Assembly: GCA_001563905.1 (NCBI GenBank)
Contig: LKMO01000002.1
Span: 3,397-67,396, forward strand
Length of the DNA stretch: 64,000 nt
DNA from: Nanohaloarchaea archaeon B1-Br10_U2g19
GTDB taxonomy: Archaea > Nanohalarchaeota > Nanosalinia > Nanosalinales > Nanosalinaceae
Reading direction: 5' to 3'
Below, piece by piece: positions 36,163 to 44,943 of the stretch. The notes beneath the pieces were generated by a model. It did not search any database. It was given only the letters and a program-made list of their open reading frames with translations, and was not told where the DNA came from. The translations under genes were made by a program, and so were the position numbers. Position 1 is the stretch's first letter. The number at the start of each line of letters is the position of its first letter.

Positions 36163-39100
36163 TTACCAGTCGTCTTTTGTTGGGCAGTCAGGATCGATAC
36201 ACATGTTGTAGTTCTTTCCTTTCTTTCTGTTGACCCAGATCTTAGGTGTTCCACACTCTTCACAGACTTCGTTCGTGGCTTTGATATCTCCGTTTCTCGG
36301 TAAGGGGAAGCTGTTTTCACAGTCAGGATAGTTCGAACAGCCTACGAAACGTCCTTGTTTAGTTTTGATGATTCTTAGTGTACCGTCTTCTCTATCTTCC
36401 TCCTCACATTCTTGGCATGCGCCGAGCTGTCTTCTTCTTTCTCTATCGGCGTCAATTGTTTCTACAAGCTCTTTACCGATCTCTAGCTCTTGTTCTTTGA
36501 ACTTTCCTAGGATGTCGCCTAAATGTTTTTCTGCTTCCTCAAGCACTTCTTCTCTCGTGTCTTTCTCTTCTTGGATTGAGTCCATCTTCTCTTCGAACTC
36601 TCTTGTAAGCTCTTCGGAAACGATTTCGCCACAGTGGTCTTCCAGTGTGGATACAATTGTCAGGCCAAGAGGAGTAACTTCTATAGGCTCTTCTTCAATA
36701 TAGTTACGGCTGTATAAACGGTCTATTGTGCTGGCTCTTGTTGCTTTAGTTCCTAAGTCTTTCTTCTCTAGTTTGTTTACTATTCCTGACTGACTGTAAC
36801 GGTTCGGTGGCTGTGTCTCTTTCTCAACGATTTCAAACTCTTCAATATCTAGGGTTTGTCCTTCCTCCATGTCTGGTAGATCTGCTTCATCTACTCTTAC
36901 GTAAGGTTCGTAGAGGTCGTACCAGTTGCGTTCCTTAGTGATTTTTGATTTGGCTTTGAAGTCGTGTCCGTTAACTTCTAGTGTGAATGTCAGGCTCTGT
37001 CTTTTTGCAGCGTCTCCGAATACTGCGAAAAATCTTTTGACAATAAGGTCGTATACTTTACGTTCCTGTTTTGACAGGTTGGAGGGATGTTCTCCTGTAG
37101 GATAGATTGCTGGGTGTGCGTCATCTTTCTTTTTTCCTTGTCGTGGAGAAAGCTTGTTTTTATCTAATACTTTTTTTGCGATATCTTGGTACTCTTTTTG
37201 ACCTTTCAACTTGTTTAGAAGGCGTTTGTAGCCTAGTTTAGCGGGTAGTTTCTGGCTTTCTGTTCTCGGGTATGAGATTAAACCGTTTTCGTAGAGTGTC
37301 TGTGCTATCTGCTGTGTTTTTTTAGGTGAGATTCTGAACTGGCTGCTTGCTTCGCTCTGTAGGCCTGTAAGGTTGAAAGGTATTGGAACGTTGTGTTTGT
37401 AGTTGTTGACTTTTACATTGGTTACAACGGTTTCTTTAGCATCTTTTACTTCTTTGAATACTTTTTCGGCGGTATCTTCGTCCCAGATACGGTCTTCGTC
37501 ATCTTCCCACTGTGCGTCGAACTCTGAGTGTTTTAGGTATATTTCCCAGTACGGGTCTGGTTCGAAGGCCTGTATCTCACGTTCTCTGTCTGCCAGTATC
37601 TTCAGTGCTGGTCCTTGCACTCGGCCTGTTGAAAGTGTTTTGTAACGGTCTGCCTTTCTTACTGCCTTCATCAAGGCTCTTGAAACGTTTATACCGTAGT
37701 AGTAGTCGAGTACATGTCTTGTGATTCCTGCTTCTGTCATTCCTCTGTCGAAGTCTTCTAAGTCGTCGAAAGCGTTTTGCAGGTCTCCCTGTGTAAGTGT
37801 TGAGAACTTCATACGTCGGATATCATCTTCATCAGCATCTGTAATATGTTTGATGACGTTATACCCAATCACAGAGTTGTGGGATATTATTCCGTTCCCG
37901 TGCATAAAGTTTCTCGAACTTGTTTGGAAATCGTAAAAATAATCTTTCTCTGAGTTTTTTTCCTGTATCTTCTTTACTTTCAAAAATGTTGCATCGCCGT
38001 CAGGATATTTTTCCATTTCTTCTTCCCATTCTAAGACATGGGTTCTTGATATAGTTTCTGCTGCGTTTAGCTGTCCTTTTTTCTCGGTTTTGACCTTCTG
38101 TCGGCGTGCAAGACAAGTAGGCAGCCCTCCGAGATTGTAACGAGTGTTCTTGGATACTTCTTCAACCTTCTGCTGTATTTCGTCTGAGAAGTTGAGTTTT
38201 GAGGAAATTCGTGCCAGATCTTGACTTCTGCCAATAGTTAAGTTAGTCATTTCTCTATCAGAGTGATTCCAGCTTTGGAAGGAGGGGTTTACAGTATAAC
38301 TCTGGAGTAGGTAGAAGAAGTCCTCAAGAAGTTTAGAGCTTTTACTGCCTGCTGAAGCTATAGCTCTATCGTCTTTTCTGTCTATGAAAATCGATCCATC
38401 CCCATCCCAGTAGCCTGAGATCAGTCCTTTTTTGAACGCTTCTGGTGTTGAGAGTATCCAAGTTGGAAGTTTCTTTTCTCCGGAAGCCTCTCCAACATCA
38501 AGGTTTTTGAGCAGCATCCGAAGTATTCGGGATTTTGTACCTACTTCGAAACACTCTGAATCGCCGTAAGAGCCCTTTACATTTCTCTTCCTGATTCTTC
38601 CTTCTGTTCCTATAAAGTTTAGAAATTCTCTAACCTCTTTTACAAGTTCGTCTTCTTCAGGTCCAAAGTATAGTCCTATGAATCCGCCAGAGTCTATACA
38701 TCCTTCAGCGAGATACAATCCAATAAATCTGCCTAGTTTTCTGTCAAGCTTCAATTTTGCTGGCAGTCTTGTTGAGCCTTTGTAGCTTGATACTGTAAGG
38801 TCTGATCTTTCAACACCCAAATTGTCTTCTAGTTCTAAGAAAATATTTTTAGGCATTCTGTCGTGGTATCTGTAATTTACACATTGTTTTCTGGTCTTCT
38901 CAACGTGCTTGCACATCTCCGCAGGCATTATTTTCATTTCTTCTTTGAATCCGTGTACGTATATCTCATCGAGTTCATCTATTAAATCGAGTTCTTCTTT
39001 AGTGCTGTTGTGAGGTGTACTTTTGGTGTTGAGTACTTGGTCTCCGACTTCCAAATCTTCAGCATGTTTGCTCTCTAGTCCCTTATCCGTAGCTACTAGC

Positions 39101-39717
39101 ATAGGATGGTTCTTGCTTACTTTGACTTTTCTGCCGTTAAATGTTGTAATTTCTAAGTACTTTTTGTCGGAAGGTCGGCGCATAACTTTCTCAATGCTAC
39201 AGAATTCGGTATTCCAGTCATTCATACCGACTATTTCTAAGTCTTCACATTCTACGTACTCGAATTCTTCGTCCTTTTTAACTTCTTGATGTTGAAGGAT
39301 ACTGTCTATAAGTTCGCCGGCTCTAACAATACTAATTTCATTATCTTGTTTTACAACAACATTTTCCTCGTATTGTAAACATCCTTCTAGATCGAAGTCG
39401 CAAGCGTTGACGTAGTTGTCTGCTTTCTCTAACTGGTCTCTAAGGTTGTTGTAGTACTTTTTCATGTAGTCGGCGCTGTCCGATGTTTCGAAGGTTGGTT
39501 TCCATTCTACGTCGAATACGGGATAGTCCCAGCCTTCTTCTATCTGATCTAGATTGAAGATATGGCCTACTGCTGGAGCTATGATTAGTTTTCCTTTGTC
39601 TGTGTCTATGACGTAGTTTTTTACTCCTCGGTTCTCGTCTATGGAGTAGTCTCCTAGTGCTTGCGCTATTCTTGAAGCGACTTTTGGTTTCTCTCCAACA
39701 AGTACTGTTGTAGGCAT
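36163..39717 (-). CDS. topA: DNA topoisomerase IA (archaeal TopA) interrupted by an in-frame intein
   Basis: 1184 aa. TOPRIM (LVGEKPKVA...ACDFDLEG), active-site region GLISYPRTES, C-terminal zinc ribbons (CQECEEE...CSNYPDC, CEECGTP...CIDPDC). 502 aa are inserted after DFDLEG. Confidence 0.95.
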   Translation of the reverse strand: MPTTVLVGEKPKVASRIAQALGDYSIDENRGVKNYVIDTDKGKLIIAPAVGHIFNLDQIEEGWDYPVFDVEWKPTFETSDSADYMKKYYNNLRDQLEKADNYVNACDFDLEGCLQYEENVVVKQDNEISIVRAGELIDSILQHQEVKKDEEFEYVECEDLEIVGMNDWNTEFCSIEKVMRRPSDKKYLEITTFNGRKVKVSKNHPMLVATDKGLESKHAEDLEVGDQVLNTKSTPHNSTKEELDLIDELDEIYVHGFKEEMKIMPAEMCKHVEKTRKQCVNYRYHDRMPKNIFLELEDNLGVERSDLTVSSYKGSTRLPAKLKLDRKLGRFIGLYLAEGCIDSGGFIGLYFGPEEDELVKEVREFLNFIGTEGRIRKRNVKGSYGDSECFEVGTKSRILRMLLKNLDVGEASGEKKLPTWILSTPEAFKKGLISGYWDGDGSIFIDRKDDRAIASAGSKSSKLLEDFFYLLQSYTVNPSFQSWNHSDREMTNLTIGRSQDLARISSKLNFSDEIQQKVEEVSKNTRYNLGGLPTCLARRQKVKTEKKGQLNAAETISRTHVLEWEEEMEKYPDGDATFLKVKKIQEKNSEKDYFYDFQTSSRNFMHGNGIISHNSVIGYNVIKHITDADEDDIRRMKFSTLTQGDLQNAFDDLEDFDRGMTEAGITRHVLDYYYGINVSRALMKAVRKADRYKTLSTGRVQGPALKILADREREIQAFEPDPYWEIYLKHSEFDAQWEDDEDRIWDEDTAEKVFKEVKDAKETVVTNVKVNNYKHNVPIPFNLTGLQSEASSQFRISPKKTQQIAQTLYENGLISYPRTESQKLPAKLGYKRLLNKLKGQKEYQDIAKKVLDKNKLSPRQGKKKDDAHPAIYPTGEHPSNLSKQERKVYDLIVKRFFAVFGDAAKRQSLTFTLEVNGHDFKAKSKITKERNWYDLYEPYVRVDEADLPDMEEGQTLDIEEFEIVEKETQPPNRYSQSGIVNKLEKKDLGTKATRASTIDRLYSRNYIEEEPIEVTPLGLTIVSTLEDHCGEIVSEELTREFEEKMDSIQEEKDTREEVLEEAEKHLGDILGKFKEQELEIGKELVETIDADRERRRQLGACQECEEEDREDGTLRIIKTKQGRFVGCSNYPDCENSFPLPRNGDIKATNEVCEECGTPKIWVNRKKGKNYNMCIDPDCPTKDDW
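37876..39381 (-). mobile_element. intein with LAGLIDADG homing-endonuclease domain (topA residues 113-614)
   Basis: Begins at a Cys (codon 39381-39379, checked as TGT) directly after DFDLEG. Ends GIISHN followed by Ser (His 37881-37879, Asn 37878-37876, Ser 37875-37873, all checked). Two LAGLIDADG-type motifs: LGRFIGLYLAEGCID and FKKGLISGYWDGDGSI. Confidence 0.9.
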
Positions 39718-39823
39718 TTGTGTTATTTAGGGGCGGTAAAGTTTAAAGAACCGGTTTATTGAAATGATCAGTAATGGTGTCGGTATAACACAACTGTTTT
39801 GTATCAACAAAGGATAAAAGATT

Positions 39824-41095
39824 ATGTCACGGAAAAGTAACAATATGCTGCAGGGCAGAGAAATGTCGGAAATAGAAGATATGGATATCCGTATAAGCCA
39901 AGACAGCATAGACACTATAGAAACAGAGGTCGGAAAAGTAGGAGACAGACTCAGAACCGAACTATCACCTCACATAGACTCCAAAGACATTGAAATAGAA
40001 GGCAACCAAAGCAGAGATCTTTTCCAGATATATGAAGTAATATACGGAGACCAATTATTCGACAGCATCTTCGATAGAGAACAAGAAAAAAGAAAGATGC
40101 GGAGCACAGTAGGCGGAAGAGAAGAAAACCGGAAAAACAACAAAGAGAAAAAAAGCAGACTAATCGCCTCAATAATAGAAGACTCCTGGACAGAAGTAAG
40201 AAACAGCTTTGAAGCAGAAGCCGACATAAAATGGGAAGGAAAAGCCGGAACAGAAACGTTCAACGCATACCCTAGAGGAGACTTCCAGTTCGACAGAATA
40301 CTTTCCAAGCCCTCGATATTTATACTAGAAAGCCAGGAATCCAACAGAAAACTGGCTATGAGAAAATGGCGGCCTCTACAAAAAAAAGAAAGAACAAGAC
40401 TAGCAGGACAACAGCCAAGCTTCAAACCAACACAGCACGATGACAACTTCTTCAAAGCAGTTGGCACAGAAGAACAGTCTCTAGACATGTTCACGGAATC
40501 AAACGTCCTGCTGAATGAAAGAGAGCTACAAACCGCTTTGAACCGTGAAGAAGGAGTCTACGATAACTTCAAAGACGAAGAGTATTTTACCCCTGTAACA
40601 CCTAACAGAATAGCTATATCAGACAGTTACAAGGACGAAACAGTTTATGCACTACGTCCGTGGATGATAAACGAGTTTGATGGAGGACCTGACGTCTCCT
40701 CTGACGCAGAACGTTTCGGAGAATATTACGCAAACATGGCTAACCTAGGACTAGTAAATTTCTTCGATAGAAAAGACGAGTTCTACAGCGATACATGGCC
40801 GGAAGCCGCAGGAAACTACACGGTCTTTGTGGACAACGAGTTCATGCTATATGTTGACAGCGATATGCATCATAGAGGCGGCGAAGACTACATAGATATG
40901 GTTGACAACCTGGAATCAATTCTTGAAGAACACGGCTATAATGAAGAAGTAGCCTATAACTTTGTTCAGAACTTCTCGGAAAGCTTCAACAGCTCAGTAG
41001 ATAGAACTCCTGATATAGAACTTTTAGACTATGTTCCTGAAGGTTTTGATACTGATCTCTACTCTGAGGACAAGAAGATTTCTACCAGAGTATAA
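39824..41095 (+). CDS. hypothetical protein (ORFan)
   Basis: 423-aa ORF divergent from topA. Acidic, with two K/R-rich patches (REQEKRKMRS...NRKNNKEKKSR; MRKWRPLQKKERTR). The start may be one of the downstream Met codons. Confidence 0.6.
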   Translation: MSRKSNNMLQGREMSEIEDMDIRISQDSIDTIETEVGKVGDRLRTELSPHIDSKDIEIEGNQSRDLFQIYEVIYGDQLFDSIFDREQEKRKMRSTVGGREENRKNNKEKKSRLIASIIEDSWTEVRNSFEAEADIKWEGKAGTETFNAYPRGDFQFDRILSKPSIFILESQESNRKLAMRKWRPLQKKERTRLAGQQPSFKPTQHDDNFFKAVGTEEQSLDMFTESNVLLNERELQTALNREEGVYDNFKDEEYFTPVTPNRIAISDSYKDETVYALRPWMINEFDGGPDVSSDAERFGEYYANMANLGLVNFFDRKDEFYSDTWPEAAGNYTVFVDNEFMLYVDSDMHHRGGEDYIDMVDNLESILEEHGYNEEVAYNFVQNFSESFNSSVDRTPDIELLDYVPEGFDTDLYSEDKKISTRV

Positions 41096-41129
41096 AAGAA
41101 AAGAGAAGTAGAAGTAGTTGAAGGCGCTA

Positions 41130-41366
41130 TTACTCTATTACAGGGTTTCTCCAGGAGCCTCCTGCTATAATTGATGCGGCCACAATTAGTGCTGCTGAAA
41201 GCACTACAAAGTCTCCATCTACAGCTACGTTCGCTAAGTCTGCACCGGTTACTACTACAAATACTGTTATGAAGAAGGCTATGATCGCAAGGATTATGCT
41301 TGCCGCAAAGCCTATAACTGCGTCTACTAGGTCTCTGACCCTAAAGTCGTCGTTTGCCATTTCCAA
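41130..41366 (-). CDS. small 2-TM membrane protein
   Basis: 78-aa ORF with two hydrophobic segments (IGFAASIILAIIAFFITVFVVV; FVVLSAALIVAASIIAGG). Confidence 0.5.
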   Translation of the reverse strand: MEMANDDFRVRDLVDAVIGFAASIILAIIAFFITVFVVVTGADLANVAVDGDFVVLSAALIVAASIIAGGSWRNPVIE

Positions 41367-41395
41367 TACACCTATGGCACTATTCTGCAGCCCTA

Positions 41396-42664
41396 TTAAT
41401 TAATTTCTAGGTATTCCTGTCCGCCCATGTACTGTTGTAATGCCTTTGGAATCCGGATTCCTTTCTCGGTCTGATTATTCTCAATTATTGCAGTCATAAT
41501 TCTAGATGTTGCGCAAGCAGTAGCATTTAGTGTATGTGCCACATAGTTCTCTTCTTTTCCTCTTATACGGACATTAACCTTTCTAGCCTGATAGTCTGTG
41601 CAGTTACTGCATGATACAACTTCTCCGTACTCTCCAAGAGGAGGTCTCCAAACTTCTATGTCATACTTTTTAGCTGCTGTATCGCCCATATCGCCTGTAC
41701 AGACGTTTACAACGCGGTAAGGTAGCTCGAGCTTCCTCATTACTTCTTCAGCGTTATCTAATAACTCTTCATGAAGCTCCCAGGAGCCCTCAGGTTTGCT
41801 GAATATAAATTGCTCTACTTTCTCGAACTGATGTACTCTCCAAATTCCTCGAGTTTGTTGACCGTGTTTGCCTGCTTCTTCTCTGAAATTTGTTGAGAAG
41901 CCAGCATACTTTTTGGGAAACTCTTCAGTTAGTAGGATCTCGTCCATGTGCAGGGTAGCCAGGGTCTGCTCTGAGGTTGCTATCAGGTACTTGTCCTCGT
42001 CTTCTATCTTGTACAGTTTTTCTTCAAAGTCTTCAATTTCTGCTGCTGCGGCAATAGGCTTGTACTTCAGCATATAAGGTGTCTGCATAGGCGTATAACC
42101 CTTATCACGAAGCAGATCCATTGAAAATCTTATCAATGCTTGATTCAAGTAGAATAAATCTCCTTCTAGATAGTAAGCTCTTTCTCCGGCTAGCTCAGTA
42201 GCTTTTTCTTGATGGATAAGATTGTTTTCCTCGATAATATCTGCTGCAAGTTCGGAGTCTTCCAGCTTACCTGTTTCAGGCGCCCAAGTTTTGACTTCTA
42301 CATTGTCATCTTCATCCTCTCCTTGAGGTACCGAGTCGTGGAGTATGTTTCCGATTGTGTATCTTAGGTCGTCTCTTTCTTCTTTGAGGTTATCAACTTC
42401 TTCTTCTAACTTACTTATTTTTTCTTTGACCTCGGACATTTTCCGAATTTCTTCTTCAGCAGATTCTCCGTTTTTCTTAAGTTCGGCTATTTCATCTCCA
42501 ACAGTGTTTCTTTTAGCTCTGAGGTCTTCAAGCTTCTGGAGTTTTTCACGCCATTCTTCGTCTAGTTCTATTACTTTATCGACTTTCGAGGTATCCTCTC
42601 CTCTATATTTTTCAGACTGTTTAATCTCCTCAGGATTCTCTCGGAAAAGGTTGATGTCAAGCAT
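41396..42664 (-). CDS. serS: seryl-tRNA synthetase
   Basis: 422 aa. N-terminal coiled-coil arm and class II motifs (FREEAG...GIWRVHQFEKVE; TLNATACATSRIM). Confidence 0.96.
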   Translation of the reverse strand: MLDINLFRENPEEIKQSEKYRGEDTSKVDKVIELDEEWREKLQKLEDLRAKRNTVGDEIAELKKNGESAEEEIRKMSEVKEKISKLEEEVDNLKEERDDLRYTIGNILHDSVPQGEDEDDNVEVKTWAPETGKLEDSELAADIIEENNLIHQEKATELAGERAYYLEGDLFYLNQALIRFSMDLLRDKGYTPMQTPYMLKYKPIAAAAEIEDFEEKLYKIEDEDKYLIATSEQTLATLHMDEILLTEEFPKKYAGFSTNFREEAGKHGQQTRGIWRVHQFEKVEQFIFSKPEGSWELHEELLDNAEEVMRKLELPYRVVNVCTGDMGDTAAKKYDIEVWRPPLGEYGEVVSCSNCTDYQARKVNVRIRGKEENYVAHTLNATACATSRIMTAIIENNQTEKGIRIPKALQQYMGGQEYLEIN

Positions 42665-43018
42665 AGAAATCAGTTGGATAGAAATTTTTATCTAAAACAG
42701 GTTTTAAGCTAGTTGCAAAGTCTTCGGCCGGAAAAATATCCACCTTTCATTGTGTAAAAATTATGATCTTTTCAGAGTTAAATAGATTTTTACTTTGGTC
42801 TGTGCTGGTTAGAGGAGGATAGGATTTACCCCTTCTAGATTTGTAGAATATCATGGCTTTGCCATATTTGTTCTTTTTTTAATTTTTAGACTAGTTTAAT
42901 CGTAAATAACGTTATGGAGAGCTGTTAGAATCTTTTTAAGAGATAAATTGGTTTTGAGTCTAGTTAAGAGAGTCTTAAACGTTATGACTTATATTTCAGT
43001 TTTGGAAAAATAGTTCTT

Positions 43019-43744
43019 ATGCAAGAAAAAGTTGTGTTCATTACGGGTGGTTCAACAGGTATAGGAAAATCTACTGCAGAAAAGTTCTCCGAGAGAGGAT
43101 CGACTGTAGTCATAGGAGATGTAAACGTTGAGGAAGGTCAAAAGACTGCTGACGAGCTTGGAGTAGAGTTTCGTGAGTGCGATGTCTCGGATTGGGAAAG
43201 CACGAAGTTCGTTGTTGAAAGTATCGTAGAGGATCATGGACGTCTGGATGTTGTTATAAACAATGCGGGTATAGGATCCACAGATACTATAGAAGAAATG
43301 AGTATTGAAGAATGGCGGAAAATCATGGCGGTTGATCTTGACGGCGTTATGTACGGTACAAAAGCTGCAGTACCACATCTGAAAGAGACCGAGGGCTGTG
43401 TGATAAATACTGCTTCTATATATGGTCTTGTAGGTGATGTAGGAGCAACGGCGTATAATGCTGCTAAAGGAGGTGTTGTGAACTTTACTCGCTCAGTTGC
43501 TAATGATCTAGCTGGGCATAATGTAAGGGTTAACTCTATATGCCCTGGTTTCGTTGATACTCCACTTATACAGGAGGCAATGGCTGATGAGGATTTTAAG
43601 AACCATATTCTTGGTGAAACACCGTTAGGTCGTGTAGCAGAGCCTGAAGAGGTTGCGGAGGTAATGGTTTTCCTTGCGTCTGATAGAGCCTCTTATATGA
43701 CAGGAGCTAATATACCGGTTGATGGTGGTTGGACCAGCCATTAA
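43019..43744 (+). CDS. short-chain dehydrogenase/reductase (SDR)
   Basis: 241 aa. TGGSTGIGK, NNAGI, YNAAKGGV, PGFVDTP. Confidence 0.92.
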   Translation: MQEKVVFITGGSTGIGKSTAEKFSERGSTVVIGDVNVEEGQKTADELGVEFRECDVSDWESTKFVVESIVEDHGRLDVVINNAGIGSTDTIEEMSIEEWRKIMAVDLDGVMYGTKAAVPHLKETEGCVINTASIYGLVGDVGATAYNAAKGGVVNFTRSVANDLAGHNVRVNSICPGFVDTPLIQEAMADEDFKNHILGETPLGRVAEPEEVAEVMVFLASDRASYMTGANIPVDGGWTSH

Positions 43745-43874
43745 TTCGGTTTTTTCCTTCTCTTATTTTCTTTCAATTTTCAGTTTTTTTTGGCTTGGCG
43801 TTGAATCTTTCTATTTTGAGAGGTTTTGCATAAAAACAGTAAGTGTTTAAAAGTTCAACATAATTACACTAACT

Positions 43875-44117
43875 ATGATGAATATAACAGTTTACTCAAC
43901 ACCGTCATGCCCATACTGTGTTAAAATCAAAGAATGGCTAAACTCTGAGGACTTAGACTATACAGAACACAACGTTGCTGAAGACCAAGAGAAAGCTATG
44001 GAGATGATAAAGAAGACAGGACAGAGAGGAGTTCCGCAGACAATTGTGGAGAAAGATGGTGAAGAGAGTGTAGTGGTAGGTTTCCAGCCTCAGAAGATAA
44101 AGGAGCTGGTAGGATGA
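43875..44117 (+). CDS. glutaredoxin/NrdH-like small redox protein
   Basis: 80 aa. VYSTPSCPYCVKIKEWL, GQRGVPQ. Confidence 0.88.
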   Translation: MMNITVYSTPSCPYCVKIKEWLNSEDLDYTEHNVAEDQEKAMEMIKKTGQRGVPQTIVEKDGEESVVVGFQPQKIKELVG

Positions 44118-44296
44118 GCTCAGAGCTTTTCGTGAGACGCCTAGCAGGCACGGTAGTAACTCTTGGATTTCTGGGAGGCTGGTTCGTCCATGAATTGATT
44201 TATCTGATAACTCTTTTCGCAGGACTAAATCTTTTGCAGAGCTCTTTCACAGGTTTCTGTCCTCCTGAAAAATTATATGAGAGGTTTAAGGGGTAG
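44114..44296 (+). CDS. DUF2892 (YgaP-like) small membrane protein
   Basis: 60 aa. RRLAGTVVTLGF...FAGLNLLQSSFTGFCPPEKLY is the typical DUF2892 pattern. ATGA overlap with the glutaredoxin gene. Confidence 0.7.
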   Translation: MSSELFVRRLAGTVVTLGFLGGWFVHELIYLITLFAGLNLLQSSFTGFCPPEKLYERFKG

Positions 44297-44329
44297 GAGT
44301 TAAAGGTTTCACTCTCTCAAATAACTTTT

Positions 44330-44659
44330 ATGGAATGTCCTCAAGAAATGCAGGAGCTTATGAAGGTACTCTATAACCTTTCAGGTTCGGAGACCGAGAT
44401 ACTATATCTTCTGTGTGAGAGCGAGGCACGTGTCTCAAAGATTGCTGAGGAACTGGGAAAAGACCGTTCTACTGTTCAGCGGTATCTGTCAAAGCTCCAG
44501 TCTTCAGGACTTGTAAAACGTGAAGCTCGAGTTGAGGATGGTAAGAAAGGCCGTTACTTTGTTTACAGAGTTCCTGATAAAGAAGATATGAAGGAAAAAA
44601 TAGAGCAAAGAATGGATGAGTGGCGTGAAGAAAAATTTGAGGTTCTTGAAGAGGTCTAA
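44330..44659 (+). CDS. winged-helix transcriptional regulator (ArsR/TrmB-like)
   Basis: 109 aa. ETEILYLLCESEARVSKIAEELGKDRSTVQRYLSKLQSSGLVKRE is an HTH plus wing. Confidence 0.75.
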   Translation: MECPQEMQELMKVLYNLSGSETEILYLLCESEARVSKIAEELGKDRSTVQRYLSKLQSSGLVKREARVEDGKKGRYFVYRVPDKEDMKEKIEQRMDEWREEKFEVLEEV

Positions 44660-44868
44660 GAGAGCGCTGTTTTTGCAGATTCAAACACTCTGTTGAAGTC
44701 AAGAATGTTTTTCTCTTCGTTGAATATTTCTTTGTTATCTGCTGTTATTTCTAGTTTACAGTTTCCGCACTCGGTTTTTTCCACATCTTCAAGCTTTGAT
44801 AGTTCTTTTTCCAGTTTTTCTACAACGAGTTCGTCTCCGCATACTCCGCAGTACTTTATCTCGATCAT
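44656..44868 (-). CDS. Rdx-family (SelW/SelT-like) CxxC thioredoxin-fold protein
   Basis: 70 aa. IEIKYCGVCG at the N-terminus, and later GNCKLEITADNKEIFN, follow the Rdx pattern (V.IeYC..C ... G.FEV.v.g..if). Confidence 0.55.
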   Translation of the reverse strand: MIEIKYCGVCGDELVVEKLEKELSKLEDVEKTECGNCKLEITADNKEIFNEEKNILDFNRVFESAKTALS

Positions 44869-44943
44869 TTTTTTCTCCTCCTTATTATTTTACTATAACA
44901 ATAGTTGTGTATAAAAGTGTAACTATAACACACAAATAATGTT

